Source: Gemmatimonas sp. (GTDB lineage: Bacteria; Gemmatimonadota; Gemmatimonadetes; Gemmatimonadales; Gemmatimonadaceae). From it: DNA of 64,000 nucleotides. The position numbers and the translations under genes are program-made. Position 1 is the stretch's first letter. Every line of letters starts with the position of its first letter. The notes under the pieces were generated by a model. The model was not told the origin of the DNA. It worked only from the letters and a program-made list of their open reading frames with translations, and did no database searches. This document shows, in pieces, positions 27,573 through 36,738 of this stretch. The stretch lies in NCBI GenBank assembly GCA_965279375.1, contig OZ257156.1:3008001-3072000 (forward strand), given 5' to 3'.

Positions 27573-29512
27573 TCATCACCTGGCGGCGGTTTCTTCGCCG
27601 CCGGCGTTCCGTCCAACGCGCCCGGCGAACGCGATTCCATGCTCTTCCGCACACGCTCACGGATGGCGTCGGCGTCCGCATCGGAGCGGATGAGATACGG
27701 CGTGACGAAGATCGCAAGCTCGGTACGCTGCCGGCTCACGGTCTGCCGCTTGAAGAGCGCGCCGAGGAACGGGATGTCCATCAACAGCGGAATACCCTGA
27801 TCCTGCGTCGTGCGTGACTCGCCGATGAGTCCCGCGATCACTACGGTCTGACCGTCGCGCAGCACCGCCCGTGTGGACGCTTCGCGCGTGGAGATGATCG
27901 GCGCGCTCAGCGCGGCCGACACCGTCTGCTGCGTGAGTGAGCTCACTTCCTGCAGCAGCTGCACCGACACGTACCCGTCGTCGTTGATCGTGGGCAGGAT
28001 CGAGAGCTTGGTGCCTACGTCCTGGTACTGCACGGCGCGATCGATGGAGACGTCGTTGCCCAGTCGCGTGGACGAGATGAACGGGACTTTGCTGCCTACG
28101 AGAATGGTCGCTTCACGATTGTTCGCGGCGATGATCTCCGGTGTGGAAAGCACGCGCACGTCGCTCTTGGAGGCGATGGTGCGCAACAGTGCGCGCACGG
28201 CCGTGCCGTCCAGTCGCACAAGACGCAGCAGCGCCGAGGTCGAACCCGTGTCGGGAACCTGGGGGTTGCCGAACTGCGCGTTCACATCACCGCCGCGATT
28301 GATCGCTGCCCAGTCGAGCCCGAACTCGCTGCCGCGCCCCAGTGCGATCTCGGCGATCGTCACCTCGAAGAGAACCTGCGCCGGCCGCGTATCCAGCGCG
28401 TCGATCGTTTCGCGCAGCAGCGGAAAGTTAGGCGGCGCCGTGCGAATGACGAGCGCGTTGGTCGGCGCATTGGCCACGATCGTCGTGCGCCCCACCAGCA
28501 GCCCCGCTGCGGAGTCACGCGGCGAGGCAGCGATTGGCGCGGCCGCGGTGGTCGTGCCCGGCGTTGTGGTGTTGCGCATGCGGAATGTTTCCGCATCGCG
28601 CTGACGGAACGAGTCGAGCGCGCGTGACAACGAGCGATCGGCAATGGAGCCGCTCACGTTGCTCGCCACCTGAATGCCGAACAGCTGCCCCAGTGCGCCA
28701 GCCAGATCGTTCGCGGCCGCGTACTTGAGATTCACCACGTACGTACGCAGCCCAGACTCGCCTGCTGGCGCCGAGTCCAGCTTGCGCAGCAGATCGAGAT
28801 AGCGCGCCACGTTCACGCCGCGATCGGTGATGAGCAGGGCGTTCGATCGCGCAACCGGTTCGATGCGCGCACCCTTGGCCACAATGGCGCGCAGCGCATC
28901 CGCTCCTTCGTCCGCTCGGATCGACTGCAGCGGCACGAGCTGCGTGACCAGGCCGAGCGGCGGCGGATCGGGGAAATCGAATCCCGTGCGTAACGTCCCG
29001 GTCGCCGGCGCTTTGTCCGACGGCAGCACCTGCGCGACGTTGCCCTTGTTCACGAGCATCAGATCGTGCGACTCGAGCAACGACTCCAGAACAGCCTCCA
29101 GATCGCCCGGCTTCATCGGCGATGCCGTGGAGAACGTCACGCGCACATCGGGCAACTCCGACGTGACGATCGTCCGCCCCAGCATCGACGCAAGCGTACG
29201 AATGACGTCGGCCAGGCGCGCGTTGGAGAAATCGAGCGTCGTGCCGCGCGCTGGCTGTGCAGCGCTGCCGCCGGTCGCGGGTTGTTGTGCACCCGCGCTC
29301 GCGGCCGGCGGGAGCAACGCGACGCCACACACGGCGACCAGCGAGGATACTCGCCGTGCGCGCGACCAAAGTTTCTCGGAGCTGACCTTCACCATGCGGA
29401 CGCCGGATTGAGGAATCGGAATCGATGTGCTGGAGCCGAGGAGTCTTCCACGAACTGACGGAGACGATACCTCGCCCATGCGAAAATCGCGCTGATCGGA
29501 ATGGCGCGTCAT
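27569..29512 (-). CDS. gspD: Type II secretion secretin D
   Basis: N0/N-domains, LDTRPAQVLFEVTIAE, YQDVGTKL, IPLLMDIPFLGALF; start may be 29395. Confidence 0.93.
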   Translation of the reverse strand: MTRHSDQRDFRMGEVSSPSVRGRLLGSSTSIPIPQSGVRMVKVSSEKLWSRARRVSSLVAVCGVALLPPAASAGAQQPATGGSAAQPARGTTLDFSNARLADVIRTLASMLGRTIVTSELPDVRVTFSTASPMKPGDLEAVLESLLESHDLMLVNKGNVAQVLPSDKAPATGTLRTGFDFPDPPPLGLVTQLVPLQSIRADEGADALRAIVAKGARIEPVARSNALLITDRGVNVARYLDLLRKLDSAPAGESGLRTYVVNLKYAAANDLAGALGQLFGIQVASNVSGSIADRSLSRALDSFRQRDAETFRMRNTTTPGTTTAAAPIAASPRDSAAGLLVGRTTIVANAPTNALVIRTAPPNFPLLRETIDALDTRPAQVLFEVTIAEIALGRGSEFGLDWAAINRGGDVNAQFGNPQVPDTGSTSALLRLVRLDGTAVRALLRTIASKSDVRVLSTPEIIAANNREATILVGSKVPFISSTRLGNDVSIDRAVQYQDVGTKLSILPTINDDGYVSVQLLQEVSSLTQQTVSAALSAPIISTREASTRAVLRDGQTVVIAGLIGESRTTQDQGIPLLMDIPFLGALFKRQTVSRQRTELAIFVTPYLIRSDADADAIRERVRKSMESRSPGALDGTPAAKKPPPGDE

Positions 29513-30126
29513 GGCTTGGGATCGATGGAGTCTGGCAGAGCAGGTGCCACGAGACGCACGGTCCGCGTGCCACCCGACGAGGAGAGGACGACGCGATCCG
29601 TACCGATGGTCACGACGCGATATCCCGCCTGACGGTCGCCAACGCCGAGAAGTCGCGGCACGGAGTCCGCCCCCGGCAACACCAGCAGCGCACGTCGCAC
29701 GCCATCCTGTGCCACGATGCCGAACAGCCGAGGACCGCTCGCCACAGACTCCGCGGTGACGACCATGTCGCTCGGCGGGGCAGGGGGCAGTGACTCTCCA
29801 TCGGCCCCCGGCGGGCGGAAGAGCACGGTCGGCGCCCGGCGCGTCGCGCTGAACAGGTTGCCATCCACGATCGCCTGCGACACCGGCTCGGCGACACCAC
29901 CCGCGCTCACCTGATGCTCGGCGATGACTTGTGGTGCTTGGGGAGCCACAGAGGGCCGCGCTGGCCAGACCAACAGCGCGATCGCCGCGAGTCCGACGAC
30001 TGCGGTCAACACATCCAGCACGACGACGGGTGAGCGTCCCGCGCGAGTGCGCGCGCGAGCGACCGACTCCTCCGCGGCGTCGGCCAGCGATGTTTCCGTG
30101 AACGAACGGTCGGGTCGTTGCGTCAT
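29509..30126 (-). CDS. GspC-like bitopic protein
   Basis: Single TM, NLF motif, LFGIV...ALL, VGD...GYRV..I..DRVVL; located directly upstream of gspD. Confidence 0.6.
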   Translation of the reverse strand: MTQRPDRSFTETSLADAAEESVARARTRAGRSPVVVLDVLTAVVGLAAIALLVWPARPSVAPQAPQVIAEHQVSAGGVAEPVSQAIVDGNLFSATRRAPTVLFRPPGADGESLPPAPPSDMVVTAESVASGPRLFGIVAQDGVRRALLVLPGADSVPRLLGVGDRQAGYRVVTIGTDRVVLSSSGGTRTVRLVAPALPDSIDPKP

Positions 30127-30133
30127 CGCGTGG

Positions 30134-30763
30134 TCACTCCACGATCACCGGCGCGCGGAGTAGCAGCGTCACCTGCAGCATGTCCGGTGCGCCGCGCAGG
30201 GCGGAGTTCTGCTGCACGGTGAGTCGCTCCACCACCACCACGCGCGGTGCGCGCGCCAGCTGGTCGAGCAACGCTGCCAACCCCACCACATCGCAGTACG
30301 CCGCGAGCGTGGCCGGCAACGACGTGGCGCCCGCGGTCTCGTTCGTCGTGCCGTTGGTGGGGCCGTTGGTGGTGCCGTCCGATGCTGCCGACTCCTGCGC
30401 GACGTCCAGGCGCGTGACCACCAGATGCGAGGCATCGGCCGCGTCCTGCAGCAATGACTGCAGCGCGCTCGCCGCCAGCGCCGTCGATCGCGCATGAAAC
30501 ACGCGGCGCGCACGTTCGGAAAGCGCGCGCTCTCCGAGCGCCGAGGCGGATTCGAGCTGTGGCGCAGCGGCCACCAGACCAGACGCGACGGCGACCTCTT
30601 GCCGGAGTTGTCGAATCTCCGCCTCACGTGCCATCCAGCTTCGGGCGTACGGCACGACGACCCAGGCGAGCAGCAAGCCAGCCAACGTCACCACCGCGCC
30701 GCCAATCACCACGCGTCGTTCGCGCTGCTGCACGGCGTTTGAAGCGACACTATTGCCCGACAC
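30134..30763 (-). CDS. gspM: GspM/PilO-like protein
   Basis: RERRVV followed by TM, coiled coil and ferredoxin-like C-terminus; position in operon. Confidence 0.7.
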   Translation of the reverse strand: MSGNSVASNAVQQRERRVVIGGAVVTLAGLLLAWVVVPYARSWMAREAEIRQLRQEVAVASGLVAAAPQLESASALGERALSERARRVFHARSTALAASALQSLLQDAADASHLVVTRLDVAQESAASDGTTNGPTNGTTNETAGATSLPATLAAYCDVVGLAALLDQLARAPRVVVVERLTVQQNSALRGAPDMLQVTLLLRAPVIVE

Positions 30764-31898
30764 GTGGACCTCCGGGCGCCGTGCGCGTCTTGAAGGCAAT
30801 CGAGAACGACTCGCGCTGCTTGCCCGCGTCTAGGAAGCGCTGGCTCGCCGCGACGATACGCACGTCGGCGAAATGCGCATCCGCATCGAGCAACGGCACG
30901 ATGCGAGGCGCGTCGTTCGCACTGCCATCGATGCGCCACGTGACGCCATCCCATTCGAGTCGCTGCACAAAGGCGTCCTTCGGCAATAGCGCGCTCAGTC
31001 GAGCCAAAACCGCTGCCGCGTCACTTCCCACAGCAGCCGCAGAATCGGCTTGGCGGAGCAGCCGCTGCTCGGCCGCGGCACGTTCCACCCGCTGCGCGGC
31101 AGCACGCGCGGTGGCCGCCTGTGTCGCGAGTTGATTCACCTGCTGTTGCAACGCGACGCGCGCGCGATCACGCCACCGCGCCGCGGACCAGCCGAGCATG
31201 AGGAGCGCGACAACGAAGATCGCAGCCGATCGGAGCACACGTCCGCGCCGACGCGTCTCGATGCGCGCAGCCACCGTTCGGTCGAGCAGCTGCGCATCGA
31301 TCGGTGCATCGTGCTGCGCGGCGGCGACGCGCAACACGGCTTCCACCGAAAGCGCCGAGCCACGTTCGTTCGGCGGTGCTGCCCCGGCCGCCCGGCGCGC
31401 GTCACGCACGGTGCCGCCCGCGAGCACGATGACACCATGCTCGCCCGCGGCCGAGTCGGTGGTAACGGTCCCATTCACGGCCGGCTGCGCGCGACCAGCG
31501 AGCTGCGGCAACGCGAAGACGGCGTCCACCGGTGCGACCGCCTCGAAGGCACGCACCCAGCGCTCCAGCACCGGCGCCGAGATCGCGACGGCCAGCCCAT
31601 CGCACCAGGCCACCGCCACGTCGCCTTCCAGTGGCACATAGCGATCGGCGTCGCGGAGGAGGAGCGCGCGGCGCGCAGGCGCCGCGAGTGGTGGCAGATC
31701 AGGGCGCGCGATTTCGAGGAAGCCCAATCCAACCACCAGCACCAGCGACGATGCCGCCCCGCAGGCGTCGGCGATGCGCGCCATCGCGTCGGCGGGCGCG
31801 GTCGGGTCCCACGCCACATCCACGACGCGCGGTGATGGCGGCGCCGACAGGACGCGCACACGGTCGACCTCGAGCAAGAGCGCGACGCGATTGCTCAT
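30750..31898 (-). CDS. gspL: GspL/PilN-like protein
   Basis: Cytoplasmic domain, TM, then LARLSALLPKDAFVQRL...IDG...F.DV (PilN-like). Confidence 0.7.
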   Translation of the reverse strand: MSNRVALLLEVDRVRVLSAPPSPRVVDVAWDPTAPADAMARIADACGAASSLVLVVGLGFLEIARPDLPPLAAPARRALLLRDADRYVPLEGDVAVAWCDGLAVAISAPVLERWVRAFEAVAPVDAVFALPQLAGRAQPAVNGTVTTDSAAGEHGVIVLAGGTVRDARRAAGAAPPNERGSALSVEAVLRVAAAQHDAPIDAQLLDRTVAARIETRRRGRVLRSAAIFVVALLMLGWSAARWRDRARVALQQQVNQLATQAATARAAAQRVERAAAEQRLLRQADSAAAVGSDAAAVLARLSALLPKDAFVQRLEWDGVTWRIDGSANDAPRIVPLLDADAHFADVRIVAASQRFLDAGKQRESFSIAFKTRTAPGGPRVGQ

Positions 31899-32794
31899 CG
31901 CGTCGTCTCCCGCCAGCGCACCAGGCGCAGCCCGTTTTCCGCCAGTTCGTACACAGCTTGAATCTCGCGCGTGAGGGCATGTCCGCGCTGCCACCCACGC
32001 GCAATGCACAGCAGGCGCGTCGGCCGTTCCACCAGCGAGCCCGTGGCCGCACGACGGACCGTCGCGCTGGCGGTACGCGTATTGATGCTCCCGTCGCCAT
32101 CCACGGAGAGCAGGGGAGCAAGTGTGGCCAACTGCTCCGCGGTCACGCCGGGGATTTCGAGCAGTTCGTCCAGCGACTCGAAGGGGTCACGCAGCGGCAT
32201 GGCGGTCGGCTTGCCGAGCAGCGCGGCACCGAGCGAGTCGCGCGTGGCCCGAGCTTCGTCGTCGCGCGAGCGGAAGGCGTCGCTGGTCGGGGCATCGTCA
32301 CCGCGAACGCGGCGCGCGATGCGAGTGGCGATGGCGCGGGCCTCTGCGGCGTCCGTCACCGTGCTCCACAGCGTGGTCAAACCCTTCTCGTCGGAGTTGT
32401 TGACGTCGAGGCGCGCACTCACGTCCACCATCACCACCGAGAATACGCCATCGGCGAGCGTATCCTGCACCAGCGGCTGCGCAGCTCCGCCTGATGCAGC
32501 GCTGGTCGAGGGATTCGACGCGCCGCTTGCTTCTACTCCCGACGCATCGAGCGCATTGAGAAACGCGTCACGACGCACGCTGTCGCTCGCGAAGACCGAG
32601 AGGGAGTCGTTGACGAGGGCGATCGCCGCGATCACACCGCTTTCCGCCATGCTGCGCGCGGTCGCCAGTGCGCGCTGGTTGTCCGTCACGTTGGCGCTGC
32701 TGCGCGCGGCGCTGCTGGCCAGCGCGGTCACCGTCGCGAGTACGGCAACGGTCCAGAGCACCACCACCAGCGCGACACCCCGACGCTCTCTCAT
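31895..32794 (-). CDS. gspK: Minor pseudopilin K
   Basis: RRG/VALVVVLW, AESGV, RLDVN, FESLDELLEIPGV, INTRTA. Confidence 0.88.
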   Translation of the reverse strand: MRERRGVALVVVLWTVAVLATVTALASSAARSSANVTDNQRALATARSMAESGVIAAIALVNDSLSVFASDSVRRDAFLNALDASGVEASGASNPSTSAASGGAAQPLVQDTLADGVFSVVMVDVSARLDVNNSDEKGLTTLWSTVTDAAEARAIATRIARRVRGDDAPTSDAFRSRDDEARATRDSLGAALLGKPTAMPLRDPFESLDELLEIPGVTAEQLATLAPLLSVDGDGSINTRTASATVRRAATGSLVERPTRLLCIARGWQRGHALTREIQAVYELAENGLRLVRWRETTR

Positions 32795-33372
32795 CGTCCG
32801 TCCTCGAGCGGCGAGAGCGCGACGCGCAACGTCGGCGTCGTTTCGCCGATCCGCAGCTCCACGATGCGCGGACGGGAACGCGGTACCGGCCAATCCGTAC
32901 GCCACTGCGCCTGTTCACCCATGCGCGCGGGTTCGAGCACGCGCACGTCGAACACCCGCACCGCCGGTACCGTCGTGTGCTGCGCAGACGGGAAGGGCGC
33001 CCGTCCGAGCGGTACCGCGTCCAGCGTCAGCACGCTGTCGTGGTGGGCTACCGTGACGCGCCACGCGCGACCCACACCGAAGGGCTCCGTCACGCCGTTC
33101 GTGAGGAAGGTCAGCGTGGGTTCATCGCGCGCATCGCGCGAGATCTGGAGCAAGGCCTCGTCAGACGCATTCGCGTTGGGCGCGTGTCGCAGCATGTCCG
33201 TGAGCATGGCGCGAAACCGCGTGTCGGCATCGAGCGTGCGCTGATGTGACGCGACACGGTCGCGCGCCGTGGTGGCGGCGCTCAACGCGCCGGCAGCGAT
33301 GCCCAGTACGATCGCGGTCAACGTGATCGCCACCATGACTTCCAGCAGCGTGAATCCCGGGCGTCGCGTCAA
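32791..33372 (-). CDS. gspJ: Minor pseudopilin J
   Basis: RRPG/FTLLEVMVA prepilin motif; TTG start overlapping gspI stop. Confidence 0.78.
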   Translation of the reverse strand: MTRRPGFTLLEVMVAITLTAIVLGIAAGALSAATTARDRVASHQRTLDADTRFRAMLTDMLRHAPNANASDEALLQISRDARDEPTLTFLTNGVTEPFGVGRAWRVTVAHHDSVLTLDAVPLGRAPFPSAQHTTVPAVRVFDVRVLEPARMGEQAQWRTDWPVPRSRPRIVELRIGETTPTLRVALSPLEDGR

Positions 33373-33755
33373 CGTCCGCTCTGCACCGCGTGCGGCACGA
33401 GACGCTGCAGCCGATACACACCGCCGCCCGCTAGCGGCACCGAGACCTCGAGCAGATCGGTGTTCGCGCGCCACGGCCGCCGACTCACGGAGACCTCGCC
33501 GGTACCAGCGACCGGATCATCGCCGATGCGCGTGCTACTCGCCGCGAACTCGTTCTGCGGCGCACTCGCACTCGCACTCGCACTCGAACTCGCCATCGCC
33601 ATCGCGGACTCCGCGCGCGACACCGCCCGCGTCCACTCGGCGCTGTCGTGCTCGAGCTGCATTGCACCGCGCGACAGATCGAGGCAGGCGATGCCCACGA
33701 GCGTGAGCACCACGAACGCGACGATCGATTCCAGTAGCGTCATGGCCGTGGCCAC
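33369..33755 (-). CDS. gspI: Minor pseudopilin I (leader possibly frameshifted)
   Basis: A/MTLLESIVA prepilin-like motif; position between H and J. Confidence 0.7.
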   Translation of the reverse strand: MATAMTLLESIVAFVVLTLVGIACLDLSRGAMQLEHDSAEWTRAVSRAESAMAMASSSASASASAPQNEFAASSTRIGDDPVAGTGEVSVSRRPWRANTDLLEVSVPLAGGGVYRLQRLVPHAVQSGR

Positions 33756-33789
33756 ATGAGAGGCCGCTCAGCGCACACGGTCGTGCTCA

Positions 33790-34326
33790 CTATCTCGCGC
33801 CCTGCGCGCCGTTCACGGCGACGCGGTCGGCACTCGACGGCAGCCACGCGCACGCCAGCGGATCGAAGCCCGTAGTCGCCAAAGCGTGGGATGCCGGACG
33901 GCAGCTGCCCAGCGCGTCGATCGTGACGTCGAGCTCCGGCTCGGCGTTGCCTGCAACCGGGCGTTCTTCTTCGCCACCGAGCTGTGCGCGTCGAGCCTTC
34001 GGGAGCCGCCCACTTTCGATCTCGGCGCCGTCGCGCGCACTCACCAAGGCCCAAGCGCCGTCGGCGGCCACACGCAGTCGCAGCGACTCGCCGCGCCGAA
34101 TCGCCGCGCGGCGCGCTCGCGTGAGCAGCGCCGAGGCAGCGTCGGCACTCTGCGTGCTCGGCGGGGTGAGCGCGGGCAGCACGAGTACCGCCGTGATCCC
34201 GAGCAGCAGGATCACCACGAGCAGCTCCACCAACGTCACGCCGCGCCGAGCGCGCAAAAAGCTCGCGTGGCGCAGTGAGCGGCGGGTGGAGGACGCTTCT
34301 CGATTCTTGGCGGGCGACGTGTGCAC
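33790..34326 (-). CDS. gspH: Minor pseudopilin H/FimT-like
   Basis: RRG/VTLVELLVVI, ARRAAIRRG; GTG at 34326 preceded by TATTCT. Confidence 0.75.
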   Translation of the reverse strand: MHTSPAKNREASSTRRSLRHASFLRARRGVTLVELLVVILLLGITAVLVLPALTPPSTQSADAASALLTRARRAAIRRGESLRLRVAADGAWALVSARDGAEIESGRLPKARRAQLGGEEERPVAGNAEPELDVTIDALGSCRPASHALATTGFDPLACAWLPSSADRVAVNGAQGAR

Positions 34327-34520
34327 GAACGGCAGAATAACGCGCAGTCTCCGAACTATCGATGTGTGCCTGCTGTAGGGCCGGTTCCCGTTCGACGCCA
34401 ACGCACGGCTGGCGTTAGTCCGTCGGACATCTCCCGGTCTGGCGCTCCCCGGTAAGGGTACGCGAGGTTGTACGGTTCTCGGTGTCGAACGACACCAAGC
34501 CCCGATCTGGAGGAAGACGA

Positions 34521-35882
34521 GTGACTGATGGTACGGTAGCGCAACAGCGGAAGGGTACCCCGGCCTCGACACCGGGACGCCCGCTCGATCGACGACTGGC
34601 GCGCGCGATCGTCGCTGCGGGTACGGTAACGGCGGTGCTGGCCGCCTCCGCGTTTCGGAACGTGCGGACGAACGCGGCGCCGGGCTGCGCGGACGATAAC
34701 GCGGGGCTCACCCTGCCGGCGGGTTTCTGCGCGGTGACCTTTGCCGACAGTCTCGGCGGGCCTCGCCACATGACCGTCGCCGCCAACGGTGACCTGTTCG
34801 TCGTGCGTCAGAACCGACCTCGTGGGGACACGGTCCAGGGCGGCGTGCTGGCGTTGCGCGACACCAACCGTGACGGCCGCGCCGACGTCATCGCGCGCTT
34901 CGGTCCGACCGGCGGCACCGGAATCGCGCTCGAGGGGGGCTACCTGTTCGTGGATGCGCGATCGGCGATCCTTCGCTACGCGCTGCCGGCCGGTGCGCTG
35001 ACGCCCATCGGCACTCCGGACACGATCGTGAGCGGGCTGCCCGGCGGCGGCCACGCGGCGCGCAACTTCGTCCTCGACGGGCGCGGCAACCTCTTCGTGA
35101 ACGTCGGCTCCAATACCAACAGCTGCCAGGAGAAGGACCGACAGACGGGCGGCAAGGGCGTCGATCCCTGCGTCGAACTCGACACGCGCGCCGGCATCTG
35201 GAAGTTCTCGTCGCAACAGACGGGGCAGAAATTCGCAGCTTCGTCCCGCTACGCGACCGGCATTCGGAACGCCGTGGGGCTCGCCATCAATCCCGTGGAC
35301 AAGCAGCTCTACTCCACGCAGCACGGCCGCGATCAGCTGTTCCAGAACTGGGCGCCGATGTACACCGAGGAGCAGTCGGCCAATCAGCCTGCCGAAGAGT
35401 TCATGCAGGTGAACTCCGGCGACGATTTCGGCTGGCCGTATTGCTACTTCGACACCGATCTCAAGCGCCTCGTGCTGGCGCCGGAGTACGGCGGCAACGC
35501 CAAGGACGCCGGACGTTGCAGCACCAAGAAGCTGCCCGTTGCCACCTTCCCGGGACACTGGGCGCCCAACGCCCTCGCGTTCTACACGGGCAAGACGTTC
35601 CCGGCGCGCTTCCGCGACGGCGCCTTCATCGCGTTCCATGGCTCCTGGAATCGCGCGCCCAAGGAGCAGGCGGGCTACAAGCTCGTCTTTGTGCCCGCCA
35701 GCAAGGGCAAGTTCAGCGGCACCTACGAGACCTTCGCCGACAATTTCGCCAACGGCAAGTTGGACCCCTCCAAAGCAGAACATCGCCCCACCGGGATCGC
35801 GACTGCACCCGATGGAGCGATGTTCATATCCGACGACAAGGGTGGTCGGATCTACCGCATTCAGTACGTCGGCACGAAGTAG
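34521..35882 (+). CDS. PQQ-dependent sugar (sorbosone/aldose) dehydrogenase family
   Basis: LPAGFCA, DTNRDGRAD, GIRNAVG, HGRD, PAEE, FGWPYC, HGSWNR, HRPTG, SDDKGG; GGAGG RBS before GTG 34521. Confidence 0.88.
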   Translation: MTDGTVAQQRKGTPASTPGRPLDRRLARAIVAAGTVTAVLAASAFRNVRTNAAPGCADDNAGLTLPAGFCAVTFADSLGGPRHMTVAANGDLFVVRQNRPRGDTVQGGVLALRDTNRDGRADVIARFGPTGGTGIALEGGYLFVDARSAILRYALPAGALTPIGTPDTIVSGLPGGGHAARNFVLDGRGNLFVNVGSNTNSCQEKDRQTGGKGVDPCVELDTRAGIWKFSSQQTGQKFAASSRYATGIRNAVGLAINPVDKQLYSTQHGRDQLFQNWAPMYTEEQSANQPAEEFMQVNSGDDFGWPYCYFDTDLKRLVLAPEYGGNAKDAGRCSTKKLPVATFPGHWAPNALAFYTGKTFPARFRDGAFIAFHGSWNRAPKEQAGYKLVFVPASKGKFSGTYETFADNFANGKLDPSKAEHRPTGIATAPDGAMFISDDKGGRIYRIQYVGTK

Positions 35883-35893
35883 GAGCTACCGAG

Positions 35894-36658
35894 TTACGGC
35901 TTGACGAGCGCCTTGATGCCGGCCGGCATGTCGAATGCCGTCGCCGGCACCGCGTTCACTTTCACGTCCGACGTCGTGATGATCATCTTGTTCGGTCCCA
36001 TCGTCTGCTCGACACGCGTCGGCATCATGATGGGGCCGAACTGCTTGTAGCCGCCCATCGACTGCTGGATCGTCATCGGGCCCATCTGCGTGACCTGCGT
36101 CGTCTCGCCACCGATCGCGAGCCCCGACGCCACAGAGAAGTACTGCGTCATCTCGGTGCCGCTCGTGCGCACGAGGAACAGCTTGTACGCCTTCTCGCCG
36201 TTGAAGTCCTCGATCCCCTTCACTTCCATCTTGGAAAAGCGCTCGGGGGAGTAGAGCAGGTTAGCGTAGAAGTCTGAGTTCTCCTTCATCTGCGTGAGCT
36301 CCTTGTCGGCCAGCACGCGCGGGCCGGCCATCGGATTGATGTCCCACGCCACCGTGCCGTCGAAGCCCTGCAGCATCTCGCCCATGCCCGGGATGTTCGT
36401 CTTGCTGGACATCTTGTTGGGCGCAGCCATTGCGACTTCCATCGTCGCGCTGAGTCCCATCGCCGGCGCCTCGAGCGTGCCCGTCGAGCTGATCGACGTG
36501 ATCTTCATGATCGCGTCCTTGCCGCCAATGGCCGTGATGTACTTGGCAATCACTTCGGACGCGGTCGGAAGCGTCTGTGCGTTGGCGGGAGCGGCCGGCG
36601 CAAGCAGCGCGGCCGACGCGACCATCGTGACTGCTGCGATCCGGGAAAACGACATCAT
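35894..36658 (-). CDS. Secreted hypothetical protein (LolA-like/outer-membrane sorting-type fold suspected)
   Basis: Signal peptide ending ANAQ; VIAKYITAIGG, GFDGTVAW; GGAG RBS. Confidence 0.65.
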   Translation of the reverse strand: MMSFSRIAAVTMVASAALLAPAAPANAQTLPTASEVIAKYITAIGGKDAIMKITSISSTGTLEAPAMGLSATMEVAMAAPNKMSSKTNIPGMGEMLQGFDGTVAWDINPMAGPRVLADKELTQMKENSDFYANLLYSPERFSKMEVKGIEDFNGEKAYKLFLVRTSGTEMTQYFSVASGLAIGGETTQVTQMGPMTIQQSMGGYKQFGPIMMPTRVEQTMGPNKMIITTSDVKVNAVPATAFDMPAGIKALVKP

Positions 36659-36738
36659 GGAGACTTCCTCAATAATCAGGGTGAACTGCAGGGAGTGAAC
36701 GGCCGATCGTTCGAGACCGCCGCGTTGCCGCGGTCCTG

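Noticed and set aside
33561..33590. CGCACT microsatellite in gspI and 12-bp repeat in the FecR gene (20876-20911) as phase-variation switches
   Set aside because: Unit lengths are multiples of 3 and encode low-complexity linkers (SASASA, PVVQ), so they cannot shift frame.
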